From NCBI GenBank assembly GCA_964016885.1, contig OZ024754.1, forward strand, positions 22,816,001 through 22,880,000: 64,000 nt of DNA, written 5' to 3'. The DNA comes from Eledone cirrhosa (lineage: Eukaryota). Positions within the stretch are counted from its first letter, which is position 1, and each line of letters opens with the position of its first letter. Below the pieces are notes generated by a model. The model ran no database searches. It saw nothing but the letters and a program-made list of their open reading frames with translations, and was not told the DNA's origin. Made by a program: the position numbers and the translations under genes. Below, one piece after another: positions 24,024 to 39,454 of the stretch.

Positions 24024-24210
24024 CAACAATTTTTGGGGAAGGGAAAGTCGATTAAATCGATCCCCAGTGCGTAACTAGTGCTTTATTTCATTGACCCCGT
24101 AAGGATGAAAGGCAAAAGTAACAGTGGGATTTAATGTCAGAACATAAAGGGCCATAATTCTATGTCGTGAAGCATAGTGTCCGACGCTCTACCGATTACT
24201 ACTAATCTAC
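24024..24210 (-). mobile_element. tRNA-SINE body split by the LTR element (its tail lies at ~21940-21965)
   Basis: Contains the SINE core. The tail sequence joins seamlessly across TSD AGGC. Confidence 0.78.
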
Positions 24211-24736
24211 CTGTAACTGGAACAAATTAACACCTACCTTCTTTTGCATAAAATCAATGTAAGATTGTAACGGATAGTGACACTATCATCATTTCATTTT
24301 ACGTTCGCTTTTTCCCTGCTTGCAAGGGTGGGACGGGAACTGATTTTTTGGCTTGATTTCTACAGCTGGATGCCCTTCCTAACACCAACCTCATTTACAG
24401 TGAGTGCTGGGTGCTTTTTTGCCGTGGCACCTCCACGACCACTTTGCAGTGGAATGATATGGACCCCAGTCCCTATCATCTCATTTCTACAGCTGAGTAA
24501 ACTGGAGCAATGTGAAACAACACATCACCCGGTCAGAGAATTGAGCTCACAACCTTTCGATTGCAAGGCCAATGCTCTAACCACTAAGCCATGTGCCTCC
24601 AAAAAACCGTTGGAAGATAATATATAAAAATTAAAAGAATTTGAAAATTAACGAAGAGAAAAATTTAAGAATAATGTTAAATTAAGGTTTGTATATTGAA
24701 GGGTTTAATAATATGTGCGATGGAAAGAAATTGTTG

Positions 24737-24792
<56 letters not shown>

Positions 24793-25149
24793 CGAAGGGT
24801 TAAAAATGATATAGTTAATGTTAAATGGAATAGCATGGTTATAGTTGAAATAACAAAAATAATAAGTATAAATGTAATAACGAGAATATAAAGAATAAAT
24901 GATTTGGTTATATATGGTTTACTTCACGTGAATCAATTAAAAAGTACATATAAAACAGTTACCTAGAGTTGTTAATTTTGTTATTGTTGTTGATGTGAAA
25001 ACAGCGAGCAAACAGATAATGTTGTTGTTATTTGAATTTGGAGTCCGTGGTAGTAGTTGTGAGACCGTAGTTAGTAAGAGAGAGAGTAATGGTTTGTATA
25101 CCTCTGAATCGTCTGTAATTGGTTGTAGACCACTGTGGCTTGTATATGG

Positions 25150-25425
25150 TCTGTAGTAGTTGGGCTCAAATCTCTCTGTGTGTATCTGTAGATCTCATGG
25201 GGTCTGTTGATAGTGGTGAGTCCTTATATAGTTAGTTGCTAGCGTAATGCTCCGATGTCTCTAGCTGTAGACTACTGGGGTCTATTGATAGCAGTGAATC
25301 CTTACATAGTTTGTTATAGGTGTAATGCTCCGATGTATCTAGCTTTTCTGTAGACCACTGGGGTCTGAAGTTAGCGGTTAATCTTTACATAATTTGTTGT
25401 GTATCCTAGCGCTCCGATGTCTCTG
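25150..25425. repeat. Degenerate ~70-bp tandem repeat (3-4 copies)
   Basis: Recurrent gctccgatgtctctagc-tgtagac(t/c)actggggtct-gatagcagtgaatccttacata. Confidence 0.7.
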
Positions 25426-25552
25426 TTTGTAAGGTGGGAAAATATAGGTTTTATATACCTATCGCTTCCTGCCCCCCCCCCCCCCCCCAGGGTGTTGACC
25501 TAGAATTTGACATTTAGGTGTCACCCAAGGTTCAAGGCGCGAACAGATTTCG

Positions 25553-25639
<87 letters not shown>

Positions 25640-25643
<4 letters not shown>

Positions 25644-25968
25644 TGTCTCCCTAAAACTCGAGAACCACTCGACCGATTGTTTTCAAACTCTACACATGTA
25701 ATACTTATGGTCGTGTAAGTGGTTTGAGCAAAAAGCTTTTCAAATCTTCAATGCCTTAGGGATTAGGCACTGAACGTCGCGTCCTTATAATATCTGTCTG
25801 GCTGTCTGCAATACGACATTATGACGCTATTAGTGTGTGTGTATATATATATAGTGTGTAACATTTTTCGAAATATTTACTTCTGCGTTCACAGATTGAT
25901 TTTTTTAGTTTCAGAAGATCCCGTCAAGGGTGAAAGCAGCGATTCTTTGCTTAAACTTTAATCTGTTA

Positions 25969-26012
<44 letters not shown>

Positions 26013-26546
26013 TATAATCGTGTACAGATATTTTTGCATACACAAAAACAAAATATAAACAGCAGCAAAAACAACAACAAAAAGGAGGGGGGACGCAATT
26101 ACATGCTTTTGAAAAATCGTAATGGAAAATTATTTGCCTATTCACCCAAGGCGGCTTCACTTTTCATTAGGACTTCTGCATCAATTGGTGAACATACGAC
26201 GAAACATTGAAAGGAGTAAGACAACACCACTCTCCACCACTGCAGTCCCACATGTTTACTGTGCTGTAACTATTGCTTTCATTGTACCATAGTACATGTT
26301 TGGTTTGTCGAATGCCTTTTTACTTAACCCTATCGTCTTGGCTTTCGTGGGTTGAACATTTTACTCTCAGGCACCCAATTAAATTAAACCCCTGGTAATC
26401 TACGACGAATTTTTTTTATAAGCACAAAATGTAGACACCATCCCCAGGCCGAGGTATTGCGTACTTCTCTGTACTGTTTCAGAAAGGAGGGATAAACATG
26501 CCAATCTATGTTTAGAATCCCGAGCAACCCCGGGCCATTCTGCTAG
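25640..26546 (+). mobile_element. Non-autonomous Helitron-like element
   Basis: The 3' end has a GC hairpin cccgagcaaccccggg about 10 nt before the terminal CTAG|T. The 5' boundary is lost in (TA)n. Confidence 0.6.
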
Positions 26547-27052
26547 TATATATATATATATATCGATATGTGTATTTCCACATTTTCCCGAATATTTTTC
26601 GCGGATGTAGAGGTTATCTCCCTTGCCGAATTCCATGTGCGTATTTAGCTTGGGTTATGCCTTCTCATTCGTTTGGACAAAGCTCGTTGAAGAAGTAAAT
26701 TTCCTGTCCACTGGTACCTAGAAGTCTTATATATTTTTATGTGAGCTGATAGAGAACAGTTTAAGGATTTACAGAAACCCAAGAAGCTAGATTTAACATC
26801 TTCCTAGCGGGTCCGGGTATGCTTTTTACATTCATTTAATTTATTGATTTATTGATTTTTTATCTGAGTGTCCCGAATTTTCCAGATCGCAAATTTTCGA
26901 TCGTACGGTTGATTATAGACTTGTTCTATGTGTGACGGTATTTTAACGATAGTTATAGCTCTGATTTATCTAAATTATGGAGCCCTCTGCCGCTCATATC
27001 GAATTTTGTTTATCGTCAACTCGTGCGCCGATTTTTCGATACTCGATTATTC

Positions 27053-27092
<40 letters not shown>

Positions 27093-27096
<4 letters not shown>

Positions 27097-27203
27097 GAAG
27101 TAATTCCGTCGGAAAAGTCCAGGAAAAAAGAGTGCTCTATGTAGGTAACAGAGCTTAATAGTTATGTAGTAAATGAAATAATTGCCTTTTGTTGTTTATT
27201 ACA

Positions 27204-27254
<51 letters not shown>

Positions 27255-27361
27255 GAAGTAATTCCGTCGGAAAAGTCCAGGAAAAAAGAGTGCTCTATGT
27301 AGGTAACAGAGCTTAATAGTTATGTAGTAAATGAAATAATTGCCTTTTGTTGTTTATTACA

Positions 27362-27370
<9 letters not shown>
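27093..27370. repeat. Perfect tandem duplication (~158-bp period) bounded by (TA)n tracts
   Basis: aaatgaagtaattccgtcgg...acataac occurs twice. Confidence 0.9.
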
Positions 27371-27421
<51 letters not shown>

Positions 27422-27462
27422 CGAAACATAAGTCAATTGCATGAACACATAATCCTTTATTT

Positions 27463-27518
27463 ACTGCTATATATATTTCGATGATAGCTATTGAATGGCT
27501 ATGACCTCATCAGGCAGT
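27463..27518 (-). ncRNA. Hammerhead ribozyme (family D)
   Basis: Minus strand: actgc-CTGATGA-ggtcatagcc attcaat agctatcatc-GAAA-T-ATAT-ATA-gcagt. Confidence 0.8.
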
Positions 27519-27577
27519 TAGTCAGTTCTTAGATATGCCAGCTCTGTGTTTATGGTGTTGATGGTTTTAGAGCCTTG

Positions 27578-27665
<88 letters not shown>

Positions 27666-28114
27666 GATATATATCGATATAATGTAAAACGAAAATTTAG
27701 TGATGCATCTGAACTCAATTTATTGTGTGTTACAATTGTTTCGCCGGTAGACAGCTCGAGACACGATCATTGTATGGTTCTGTCTGATTCTGGACCTGCA
27801 GGTTGGTCGGACACTTGCAATAATTTCGGATCAAATTTTCTCACTGGGGTGTTAGCGTAAAAAAACATCTTCCTCGCTTGTCCTGCTGTTGGCTGTTGTT
27901 TTTCTACGTCATCATAAATTCTGGCCAATAGTTGCTGTCACACGGGTCATCAGCTGTCCCTCCGCCTGACACACTTCAATGAATCCATGCTGGGTTTGGT
28001 ATTTCACCAGTCCATTCGCGCACTCATATACACACACATACACATATACATACACACACACACACACACACACACATATAAGCGATTCTTTGCTTAAACT
28101 TTAATCTCTTATTT

Positions 28115-28145
<31 letters not shown>

Positions 28146-28404
28146 GAGGTGAGTTTTATTGTAGTACAATAAAGCAATGCAGATATCGGATAAGTCGCAC
28201 TCTACAGTTTGTAGGACTGGAGTATAAATGTTTATGTTTCCTTCGCAAACATAAACATTTTTTTTTTTTGACGTTAGATTATTCATCCTCAATTCATTAT
28301 TTTTTCTCCCTTTCATGCTCGTCTAACTTCTACATATTACACATCACAACACATAAAAACAAACTTAAACCCTAACTAATCTCCTTTATTATATTATATT
28401 ATTA

Positions 28405-28590
28405 CCATTTAGCAGTATCGGTAGAGAGTCGGACACCATGCTTTGAAGCATAGAGTTACATCCCTTTATGATCTGAGTTCAAATCCCGCCGAGGTTAACT
28501 TTGCCTTTCATCCTTACGGGGTCGATAAAATAAAGTACCAGTAATGTACTAGGTAATTGCTGGCCTTGTGCCTAAAATAGAAACAATTAT
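28405..28590 (+). mobile_element. tRNA-SINE (dominant family)
   Basis: Core match with TSD-like attattaccatt on both sides. Confidence 0.85.
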
Positions 28591-29344
28591 TACCATTAGG
28601 AAATACTTCATAAACATACATATTTTGATGTTAAGGTCTCCTTAAACACTATCTCCTTCTTTGCTTTCTGCGCTCATTTGTAAACAAACTATTTACATAT
28701 ATTACACAAACAAACTTAAACACTAACTAATTTCTCTAAATTCATAATTCATCCACTCTTCTATTTCTTTTCACAATATATCCTTAATTACATTACTATT
28801 TTTATTTTTAATAATACATATCAACAATTTCTTTCCATCGCACATATTATTAAACCCTTCAATATACAAACCTTAATTTAACATTATTCTTGAATTTTTC
28901 TCTTCGTTAATTTTCAAATTCTTTTAATTTTTATATATTATCTTCCAACGGTTTTTTAACCTCTCTCTGTAAAACAATATATTTTTCTCAGTTATAAAAG
29001 CTATCTCTCTCTCTCTCTATCACCCATCTCTTCTATCTCATCCTTCCTTATTATACTCATCCCCCTCTATTCTTTACTCTCATCTCCTCCTCTTTTTCAT
29101 CCTTTCCAACCCCCACCTCACATTTTTCCCAATATCACACATCAATCTAAAACTACTTTTCATATGTTGATTTAAAACTGCACTATTCACAAGTGTTTTT
29201 TAAACTTCATATCATGACGAAAACGCAAATGCCATCGCATGATGATATTTGTTTTTGAAATGCGCTTAATAAAATACATGGAACTCTTTTAACCATCTTT
29301 TGATCTTATATATTATATATATATATATATATATGTACCCATAA

Positions 29345-32300
29345 ATATAAATACACACACACTCACATACACACACACACGCACACAACCATATAAATAA
29401 CAACATACGCGTCCACAGAAGCCTGCCTATATGCCCACGTACATCAGCTCTCACGTACATACACACGCATACATGCATACGCGTATATCTACTCGTATAC
29501 ACAAACACGTACAGACATATACATAGAGACGCACACGCACATACACACACGTGTCCGTATATACAGGCACAAAGACAGACTCGCTCCCAAACACACATAT
29601 ATATGTACACACACATAAATGTACACACAAACAAAGCCCTTACCCTACAGTAGGTGCACGTACACACACACTGGTTCATATACACTCAAAGAAATACGCG
29701 CCTATTACCTACATGCCCACGTACATCTACGAAGATACATACATATATCTGATCGTACTCAAATATGATATACTCACAGAGTCATATAAATCTACACAGT
29801 GGGTCATACAGGGTCATACATGAAAGGATGCATCTTGTTATACACATTCACAAATATAAACAATGTAACCAAATACATACATCCATACACATACATGCAT
29901 GTATACTTACACACATATAAATAAATAAATAAATGTATATATATATCGGATACGGCAATAGCGGTGGCACTTCCATAGCTAGAAGAAATGACCTGGTACT
30001 AGCCTCCAAGAACACGAGTAGCAACACAGTTCACCTTAATGACACAGGACCGACAATAGGACAACGAAGGCACATATGGGCGCTAGACCACCCAGTACAC
30101 GTAGGCATTGGCCCGGCACGCACACCGCACGCGTCGCGGTAACTAGAACTAGTGACAGGGTAACGAAAGTACGGCCGTGGCACCCGCCAGAGGGAACACC
30201 CGGCTCGGTAGCAGTGGTATAGCCCCGACAATAGCACCACATAGCATTAAAGAGACTAACAGTGGAGCCGACAATATAGAACGGAATACCTTAGTAAGTG
30301 AAAGGCATAACCATGACACCCACAGCAGACATACAGATAGAGGCAACATAGGGGACGTAATAATAGGCGGGAAAAACCTGAGACAGACATCAGACTCAGG
30401 GCACACTCACACTATTACACACACATGAAAGAACAAGACTAGATCTAAGGCCGTTACATGGTTTAACGCGCCATACTCTAAGCATGTATGCAGCAGCGTG
30501 CCAGGGCTTTTTTTCCAAGCGTTAGACGAGTGCTTCCCGCCGTCGAACAAATACCACAAGATTTTCAACCGCCATACGGTGAAGTTTTCCTTCTCCACAG
30601 CACCTAACATGGCCGACTACATGGCCAAAACCAACGCGGTAAAGATGGGGAACATCGACCGTCAACCGCGGCGGCAGAATGACCGTCCATCGGAGCGTGG
30701 AGGACCGCTCGGGGATTGGCCTTCCAACAACAACCTGGCCCCCGCAGCGGCCGCCACGCCCGCGGAAGGTGATACAATCCAACACCAGGAGGGAACGAGC
30801 GGCGGAGGGGAGACCATCGTGCCGGCGGAACAACACCCTGAGAATCGGGAGAGGGCCCTAGCAGATCGAGGGCCAGGCGTCCGAAGTGAACAAAATAACG
30901 ACAGAACATGTAACTGCAGAGCGGGAACCAAGTGCCCCCTGCAGGGATGATGCCTGACGAAGGGTCTTGTATATAAATGTGTGGTTAGCACCCACAATAT
31001 AAAGCGCACCTACATCGGCGCAACATCCACGACCTTTAAATCGCGGATGTATAAACACACGAACTCCTTTAAGGACCGCAGTAAGAGGCACTTCACTAGG
31101 CTAGCGGACCTAGAGCATCGTTCGGCACGCGAATGCATACTGGGCTGGAAGTGTAGCCTATGCCTATACGAGGCCATGGAAATAGTCAGACTGAAGGATG
31201 ATGCGGTCAACCTGAAATCGGAAATTATCATGACGTGCAGACACAATAGAAGGTGCACACTCTCCGCATGGAATCCTCCGGGAAGCCCAGGCTAAGGGCA
31301 TGCGGTGGAGCACGCGCCGACCAGAGCGACAAAACGGGTTCAAGGGATCAGACACCATACCCTGATGGCAATATATGCCCCGTGGGGTAAACCAAAATAA
31401 CCCAAGATGCATACCCGACTCTGCACGTCACCCTAGGCAAGAACATCGCCTGAGCCGGGACAGGTTGACCCGGATTCCACGGTCTTTCAGTCAAATACCT
31501 TACATCAATAGGACAACATACCTCAACCACAGTGATATACTCCAATATGGCCGGGCTACGCACCGCCATGCATGTGTACCTTTTCAATCGAGAATACATA
31601 CTCTCCACGTGTTCCATTTTGGAACACATATTATTTGTTCCGTATACAGGCCCAAGTGTACATCTCATACTCCCCATATGTACTATATCATACGCACACA
31701 CGTCCCTTCTTTCTTCTCTCTTTTTTTTTTATATATCTCTATGTGACGTTATATGCATATTTTAATATATTGTATATTTATTTTTTATATGTGTGTATAT
31801 ATGTATGCGTATGTGTATATTTATATGTGTGTGTATGTAGAGAGATATATATGTATATGTTATGTGAATGTATAGGGATGTATGTGTAGCAAGAGTTGCC
31901 TCTCTTATCACCAGTAGCGCTCTCTAGACAGGAAGTAGCTGGAGTTACTTCCCGCTGAGGTGGCAGAACCTTTTTTGTCACTTCCGTCCTGGGACCCTAT
32001 AAATGAGAGAGCTTTCAGCTCTCTCCCTCTCTTTAAACCTGCCTGGCCCTTCGGCTATACTCTCTGGCAACCTGAACATGGTAATGTAAAGACCTCTTGG
32101 TCTCTTGCGAGCTGACTTCAAAACGGTAATGCAACTAACTTTAATTCATCCTTTCATCTCTCTTGGCATGTCAACTATTCTGCTCTACATAACTCAACCT
32201 TGTTAAATAAATATTGTACATACAACCGAGTGTCTTGTTTTATTCATTACAACCCAGTGTCTCTGTTATATATGTATATGATTATACTGTTTATATTTGT

Positions 32301-32415
32301 GCATGTTTAGTACAAGATACATCTTTTAATGTATGACGTTATATGTATATTTTATTATATTGTAGGTTTTTTATAGATGTGTATGTATGAGTATGTATGT
32401 ACATATATATATATA

Positions 32416-32454
<39 letters not shown>

Positions 32455-33050
32455 ATATATATATACATTTATTTATTTTTTTTATTTACTTATTTATTTA
32501 TATGTGTATATGTATACATGCATGTATGTGTATGGATGTATGTATTTGGTTACATTGTTTATATTTGTGCATGTGTATAACAAGATGCAACCTTTCATGG
32601 ATGACCCTGTATGACCCATTGTGTAGATTTATATGACTGAGTATATCATATTTGAGTACGGACAGATATATGTATGTATGTATCTTTGTAGATGTACGTG
32701 GGCATGTAGGTAATAGGCGCGTATTTGTTTGAGTGTATATGAGCCAGTGTGTGTGTACGTGCACCTACTGTAGGGTAAAAACTTATTTGTGTGTACATAT
32801 ATATGTCTGTTTGGGAGCGAGTCTGTCTTTGTGCCTGTATATACGGACACGTGTGTGTATGTGCGTGTCTATGTATATGTCTGTACGTGTTTGTGTATAC
32901 GAGTAGATATACGCGTATGCATGTGTGTGCGCATGCGTGCGTGTGTATGTGTGTGAGAGCGGATGTACGTGGGCATGTAGGCAGGCGTCTGTGGACGCGT
33001 ATGTTGTTATTTATATGGTTGTGTGTGTATGTGAGTGTGTGTATATATAT
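29345..33050 (+). mobile_element. 5'-truncated Penelope-like element (PLE-2) with inverted terminal copy
   Basis: WFNAPYS, FNRHTVKFSFS, CNCRAGTKCPLQG and GIY-YIG-like RTYIGATSTTFKSR..H. Segment 29345-29935 is the reverse complement of ~32490-33045. Confidence 0.87.
31885..32270 (+). mobile_element. Solo LTR related to the 21966-24019 LTRs
   Basis: Starts tgtagcaagagttgcctc and ends tgttata, with TSD TATG on both sides. Confidence 0.88.
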
Positions 33051-33188
33051 ATAATAATAATAATATTATTTATAGTTATGTATATACTATAAACAGGGAA
33101 GGTCAGTAATTTCCTACTACGTTACTACCAGTAAGAGAAATAGCTTAATGTAAGAACATCAGTTGTTTTACAGAGAAGGAAAATAAAT

Positions 33189-35762
33189 AAATTAGACAAT
33201 TATCAAAGTTGTGTTCAAATCATTTAATAGCTGACAATCGTTTCTTCTAAACTCTCGTTTGGGATCATCGGAGCATTATCAATATTTGTACATATAATTA
33301 ACCTCCTATTCAACTGAACAATAATATAGATACATATATATTGATGTTGTGAGCAACAGTTTCGTATTTACAGGGTGGAATGGATGTGACATATATTTTA
33401 CGAGAATTGTACAATAATTGTACACAAATTCAAATTCAAATTAAAAGCACAGAGTGGAATACATGCAACAGATAAAACAATAATTAAAGAGGCATTGAGA
33501 AATGAGTTTTGAGAAAGGAAGAGTACATTAACAATTCATATGCAGGCGTGTGGAGAGTGCAACTGCGTTAGTCATATACATGAGAAGGAAACAAGCAAAG
33601 TTATTATGCATATATAGATAAGAAAATACTGCACTTTAAGCAAATATGGTAATGTATTAACATCTATGGTGGATATGGTATGTTGATAGTGTTTGAACTT
33701 GTGTGTGTTGAGAAACATAAAGGTTTTGCAGTCTTTTCCATTACATATGTTGAATTAAATTTAGTTAATGTTTATATTGAATGTTTTAAGTTAGTTAGAG
33801 CAATGGATTGTAAATTAGTCTTATTGTATTCATATTCATGGACTATAGTTTATCAACCAGTAAATTTTCCAATCGTTAATTTCCGGAAGTGAATAAGGGG
33901 AGCGAATGCGCAAGGGGAGGTAACTAGCTAATTAAATTCAATTCAGTTATTTAAATTCTTTGCTCTAATACACATTATAATGTGATACCATTGAATCCCT
34001 ATTACATAATGCTATATATTTATACTTGATTTTAAATACAGTCTATTTTACTATCATACATTTAAGGTCTCCTTAGATTGTTATCTATTCATTACTGGGC
34101 AAGGTGTATATTATGAAGAATTGAATAGCTGTTAATATGTCTAAATAGATATATCCTATGTGTAATAATATACATTATTGTTTTAAAAGTTAATCCCTAA
34201 TATACAATACTATTACATTTTATATTTAATTATAATGTATATATACTTTATATTATTATATTGTGTTATATACATGTTATTAATTTAAGTATTTAATTAT
34301 ACAATTATAAATGCATATATAGTTTATTATCACATATTACATTAAATGTCTCTACATACCAAGTACCAAATATCCATTACTGTATATGATATAATTAATC
34401 TATTGTAGTTATATCACAAGGTGGTAACTTTATGTTTAATTCTAACTGTTATTGCAGAGCATAAGGTTAGAGATGAATAGGAGTTGTGTAGAGGAAAGAG
34501 TTGATCAAAGAGTGTGTGGTTGTGGGTGCTGATAAATCCTAGATGTGTAGTGTTAATGGTGGTGGGGAATTCAAATCTGACATTGTTGTATACTAACAGC
34601 TAGGTTTAAAGTTATGGAACGAGTGCCAGTATCTGTGTTGGCATGAGGAAAATGTCTCTGACTTTCTATTAAGGAGGTCTTGTTTCGAAAAGATTATAGT
34701 ATGTGTCTCTAGAAGACAGATTACACATTTTATTCCCATTGCAGTGTAAATGGTCTATTCCTAGTTTTCAGAGAGTGTACGTAGCTAGATGAAGAAGTGG
34801 AGTTGGCGAGATTGTGTTTTTTGAAAGAGTGGAGGTGCGAGTTGTATCTCGTCTTGAAGCTGTTCGAAGTAGAGCCTATATATGTTTTAGAAGAGTTGTT
34901 TGCGTTGACGGTGCATGAGTAGATGATGTCTTTGGTTAAGTAATTATTACCTAAGGGGCAAATTCTATTAGTTCTACAGTTACATTTATACTGGATGTTA
35001 GCTTGCCGGTTACTATGTTGTGAAGGATTCTGGTTGCTAGGGATAACACTAGGGTAATGATATCTGTCATTCGTATTGTTATTGATTTCATTAGTGTTAT
35101 TACCATTATTACTATTATTACTACTATGGTTTACAGGTACTAAGTTTACCTCCTGTTGTGTTTTAATTAGTTGGAAATAATTATTAATCTTCCTTTTATT
35201 ATTATTATCTATATGGTATGCTATGTTAGGTGTGGTGGAGTACGAGATTTTAATGGTATTTTTATTGATAAGGTTGTGGTACTTGTGGCCGGACGGGAAG
35301 TTTTTTCTAAGATTGAGAAGAAAGCCTTAAGCAAGTTGGTAGAGACGTTTATATTGAAAGGGGATTGAAGAATGTATTAGTTCTTCTATTTTTGTTTTTA
35401 GTAATGTTTTTTTTAGGTATTTGCATCCCTGTTTATATTATTATCTTGGTGTTTATTTTGGTGCGAGTTAAGTTTGTTATTACCTTTCGTCTTAGGGTTA
35501 TAGTGGCTAGTGCTTTTATTATTTTTCCTCATGGCCATATTATGAGAAATAATGTTGTAACTATGTGATTTTATAGGTAGGAATTCAATTCCGTTGCTCA
35601 CAACATCAATATATATGTATCTATATTATTGTTCAGTTGAATAGGAGGTTAATTATATGTACAAACATTGATAATGGTTCGATGACTCCAAACGAGAGTT
35701 TGGAAGAAACGATTGTCAGCTATTAAAATATGATTTGAACACAATTTTGATAATTGTCTAAT
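33189..35762 (-). mobile_element. 5'-truncated Penelope-like element (PLE-3) with inverted pseudo-LTRs
   Basis: Minus strand ~34990-34640 reads CPL..IIYSCTV..KTYIGSTSNSFKTRYNSH (GIY-YIG-like). Segment 33189-33357 is the reverse complement of 35593-35762. Confidence 0.85.
33225..33278 (-). ncRNA. Hammerhead-like motif (family E; CCGAUGA core variant)
   Basis: taat-gct-CCGATGA-tcccaaac gaga gtttagaa-GAAAC-gatt-GTC-agc-t-atta. A more degenerate inverted copy lies at 35672-35725 (+). Confidence 0.62.
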
Positions 35763-35765
35763 TTT

Positions 35766-35866
<101 letters not shown>

Positions 35867-36280
35867 CTGTGTGTGTGTGTATGTGAGTGCACGAGTGGAC
35901 TTGTGAAATACCAAACCCAGCATGGATTCATTGAAGTGTGTCAGGCGGAGGGACAGCTGATGGCCCGTGTGACAGCAACTATTGGCCAGAATTTATGATG
36001 ACGTAGAAAAACAACAGCCAACAGCAGGACAAGCGAGGAAGATGTTTTTTTACGCTAACACCCCAGTGAGAAAATTTGATCCGAAATTATTGCAAGTGTC
36101 CGACCAACCTGCAGGTCCAGAATCAGACAGATCCATACAATGATCGTGTCTCGAGCTGTCTACCGGCGAAACAATTGTAACACACAATAAATTGAGTTCA
36201 GATGCACCACTGATTTTTCGTTTTACATTATATCACACTCTGCTCTGTAAGAATATACAGTGCCCACACACACACACACA

Positions 36281-36406
<126 letters not shown>

Positions 36407-37023
36407 ATATATACATAATTGAAAAAGTGGAGAATAACATGGTTAACAGTACAAAAAAGGAGATTTATCTACAGTCTAACAATTGTTTCACTGATAGAGT
36501 TGTCTAAAAATTGCTAAACACTGAAAGTAGTGCCACTTAATTTAAAATACATGTTGGCTTCATCATATCTTCAGAGACTGAGAAATAATATAAATATATG
36601 CGTAACCGGCAAATTTACAAATTCAAATTACCACATCAATAATAATATTAATAATAAAGATATAGAGAGAAAAAAAGGAAGGGGGATAGATATAGTAAAG
36701 ATAGAAAGGAAGGGAAGAAGAAAGACGAAGAAGGAAAAAGAAAAAGAGATAGAAAAAGACGAAGAAGGAAAAAGTAAAAGAGATAGAGAAAGAAGAAGAA
36801 AAGAAAATTATTACAGCTCAAAATACGATGTAAAGAATATAATAGAAAAACACAAGTAGAAATAAGATGGAGAGAAGAAGGTAGAGGGGCAAATAGATGA
36901 ATAAATGTAAGATAAAATAAAGATAGATATATAGAAATATATGAGGAAATGAATGAAAAAATATATTTAAAAAATATATATAAAAAATTGATAGATAATT
37001 AAATAAGTAAATAAGTAAATGAA

Positions 37024-37054
<31 letters not shown>

Positions 37055-37621
37055 ATAGATAAATAAATAAATAAATTACATCTAATGTAATATAAAATGG
37101 TATAATATGTGAAAAGTGGAGATGAAAATAAATAAATGTATAAAAAGGTACAGAGAAAATTTAAACATGTTAAGATTATTGAGAATAATTTTTGATAATT
37201 GTTAAATATATGGATTTAAGTTGAAAATATGATAATGTTAAATATATTTATGTGTGTATTGGTTATTTTAATAAGTAAATTAACTAGTTTTAAGATATAT
37301 TATATAATAAGATAAAATGACCGAGATGAAATAAGTTTAGGGAGAGAAATGCAAAGATAGAGAGTGAAAGATAGAGATATATAAAATAAGAATGTAAATA
37401 TGAGAGGTTTTGATGCTGTTCTTTGGTAATTATAATGGTGAAGATGCTGCTGATAATGTGATATCGTAGAAGATCCAAATGGTACAATCAAGGTTATAGA
37501 ATAAATCTTGTTGAGTCATACAACGCCGTACGCTAAAACTATCTATGATAAGAAAGAAATATATCTATGATAAGAAGTACTCACAACCTCTAATTGGATT
37601 ACCTATAACGATATCTTTGTT

Positions 37622-37761
<140 letters not shown>

Positions 37762-37792
37762 TATATATATATATATACATATATATATATAC

Positions 37793-37895
<103 letters not shown>

Positions 37896-37983
37896 TATGT
37901 ATATATATATGTGTGTATATATATATATAAATGTATATATATATATATGTTTATATATAAATGTATATATATATGTTTATATA

Positions 37984-38037
<54 letters not shown>

Positions 38038-38302
38038 TTTATGTCGTTTGGAAGCCTCGACAATGCAAATGGGTAAATCTCCGGGTAACAAGGTCCGGTA
38101 GTGGAGAGAGAGATGTAAGTGGGTGTACGCTGAGATGCGTGGTGTGTATAAGATGTGTGAGATGTGTAGAATGAAGGGAAGAGTATAAAGGATAAAAATA
38201 AAAATAACAACACAAGAGAGAGTTACCTTGGGAGAGGTATGTATATATGTATATATATATATGTATATATGTATATATATATATGTTTATATATATATAT
38301 GA

Positions 38303-38352
<50 letters not shown>

Positions 38353-38357
<5 letters not shown>

Positions 38358-39273
38358 TAAACGGAATAGAAAATGCTGACAAATTGTTCACAGTTGAAAA
38401 ATGGTTTAATTAGGAATAAAAGAGTATTAGTAATTGTATGGGTTAGTATTCAGTTGTGGTTTTAAGTTTTTAAGTTTTTACCGGTTGCGCATTTCTAAAT
38501 GCTTTTCAAAAATAATTTTGAGATAGAGTGTCCGTGTTGTTTGCTCTGATCTGATTAGTTTTGGGAATTCTACCTGTTTTTATGTTAAAAAAGTGGCTCC
38601 AGCGTTACTTTGGTGTTGCAAAAATTCTTGTGGTCAAAACAATTTTGATTGGTCGGTAGAGGTCATGTGAATGTAAAAAATTGATTTTGCGCCAAGACTG
38701 TTTTTATGTTAAAAAAGTGGCTCCAGCGCTACTTGGTGTTTGCAAAAATTCTTGTGGTCAAAACAATTTTGATTGGTCGGTAGAGGTCATGTGAATAAAA
38801 AAATTGGTTTTGCGCCAAGATTGAGAAATGACTCTTTCACAACAAATATGTGTGTGTGTAGTAGTAGTAAGGTGTTCGATGTTGTGATAATGGTTAGCAG
38901 GGATGTGTGTCAAATGGATATTAAGATAAGTGTGTGTGTGTGTGTGTGTGTGTATATAGCAGAGTAATTCGTGGTAGCAGGGATGGTCAGTAAGAATGTG
39001 TCTGTATTTTAGCATGTCAAAAGATATTTTTCAGCTTTTGTCTTATACGGAGAAGTGCGTGTGTGTGTGTGTGTGTGTATAAGTCTCTTTGTATGTTAAT
39101 GTACGCGTGTGTATATGTGTGTGGGTGGGTGGACCAGTATTTTTTTCCCCCTGGTAAAATGGTGTACATTATTCGATTTTTTCAGTAAAATCGGTTCTCT
39201 TAATAGAACATAAAAAATCTTAACAATAAAAGGTGTGAAATGATATTGACTATATATATACACATACATATAT

Positions 39274-39339
<66 letters not shown>

Positions 39340-39404
39340 TTTTTTTGTGTTGCACCATAGAGCAATGACATACGTAAACACACATGCTCTATGGTGCAAC
39401 ACAA

Positions 39405-39454
<50 letters not shown>

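Noticed and set aside
36485-36580. Hammerhead-like CTGATAGA..GAAA and CTGAAGA
   Set aside because: Core spacing is wrong and the stems do not pair.
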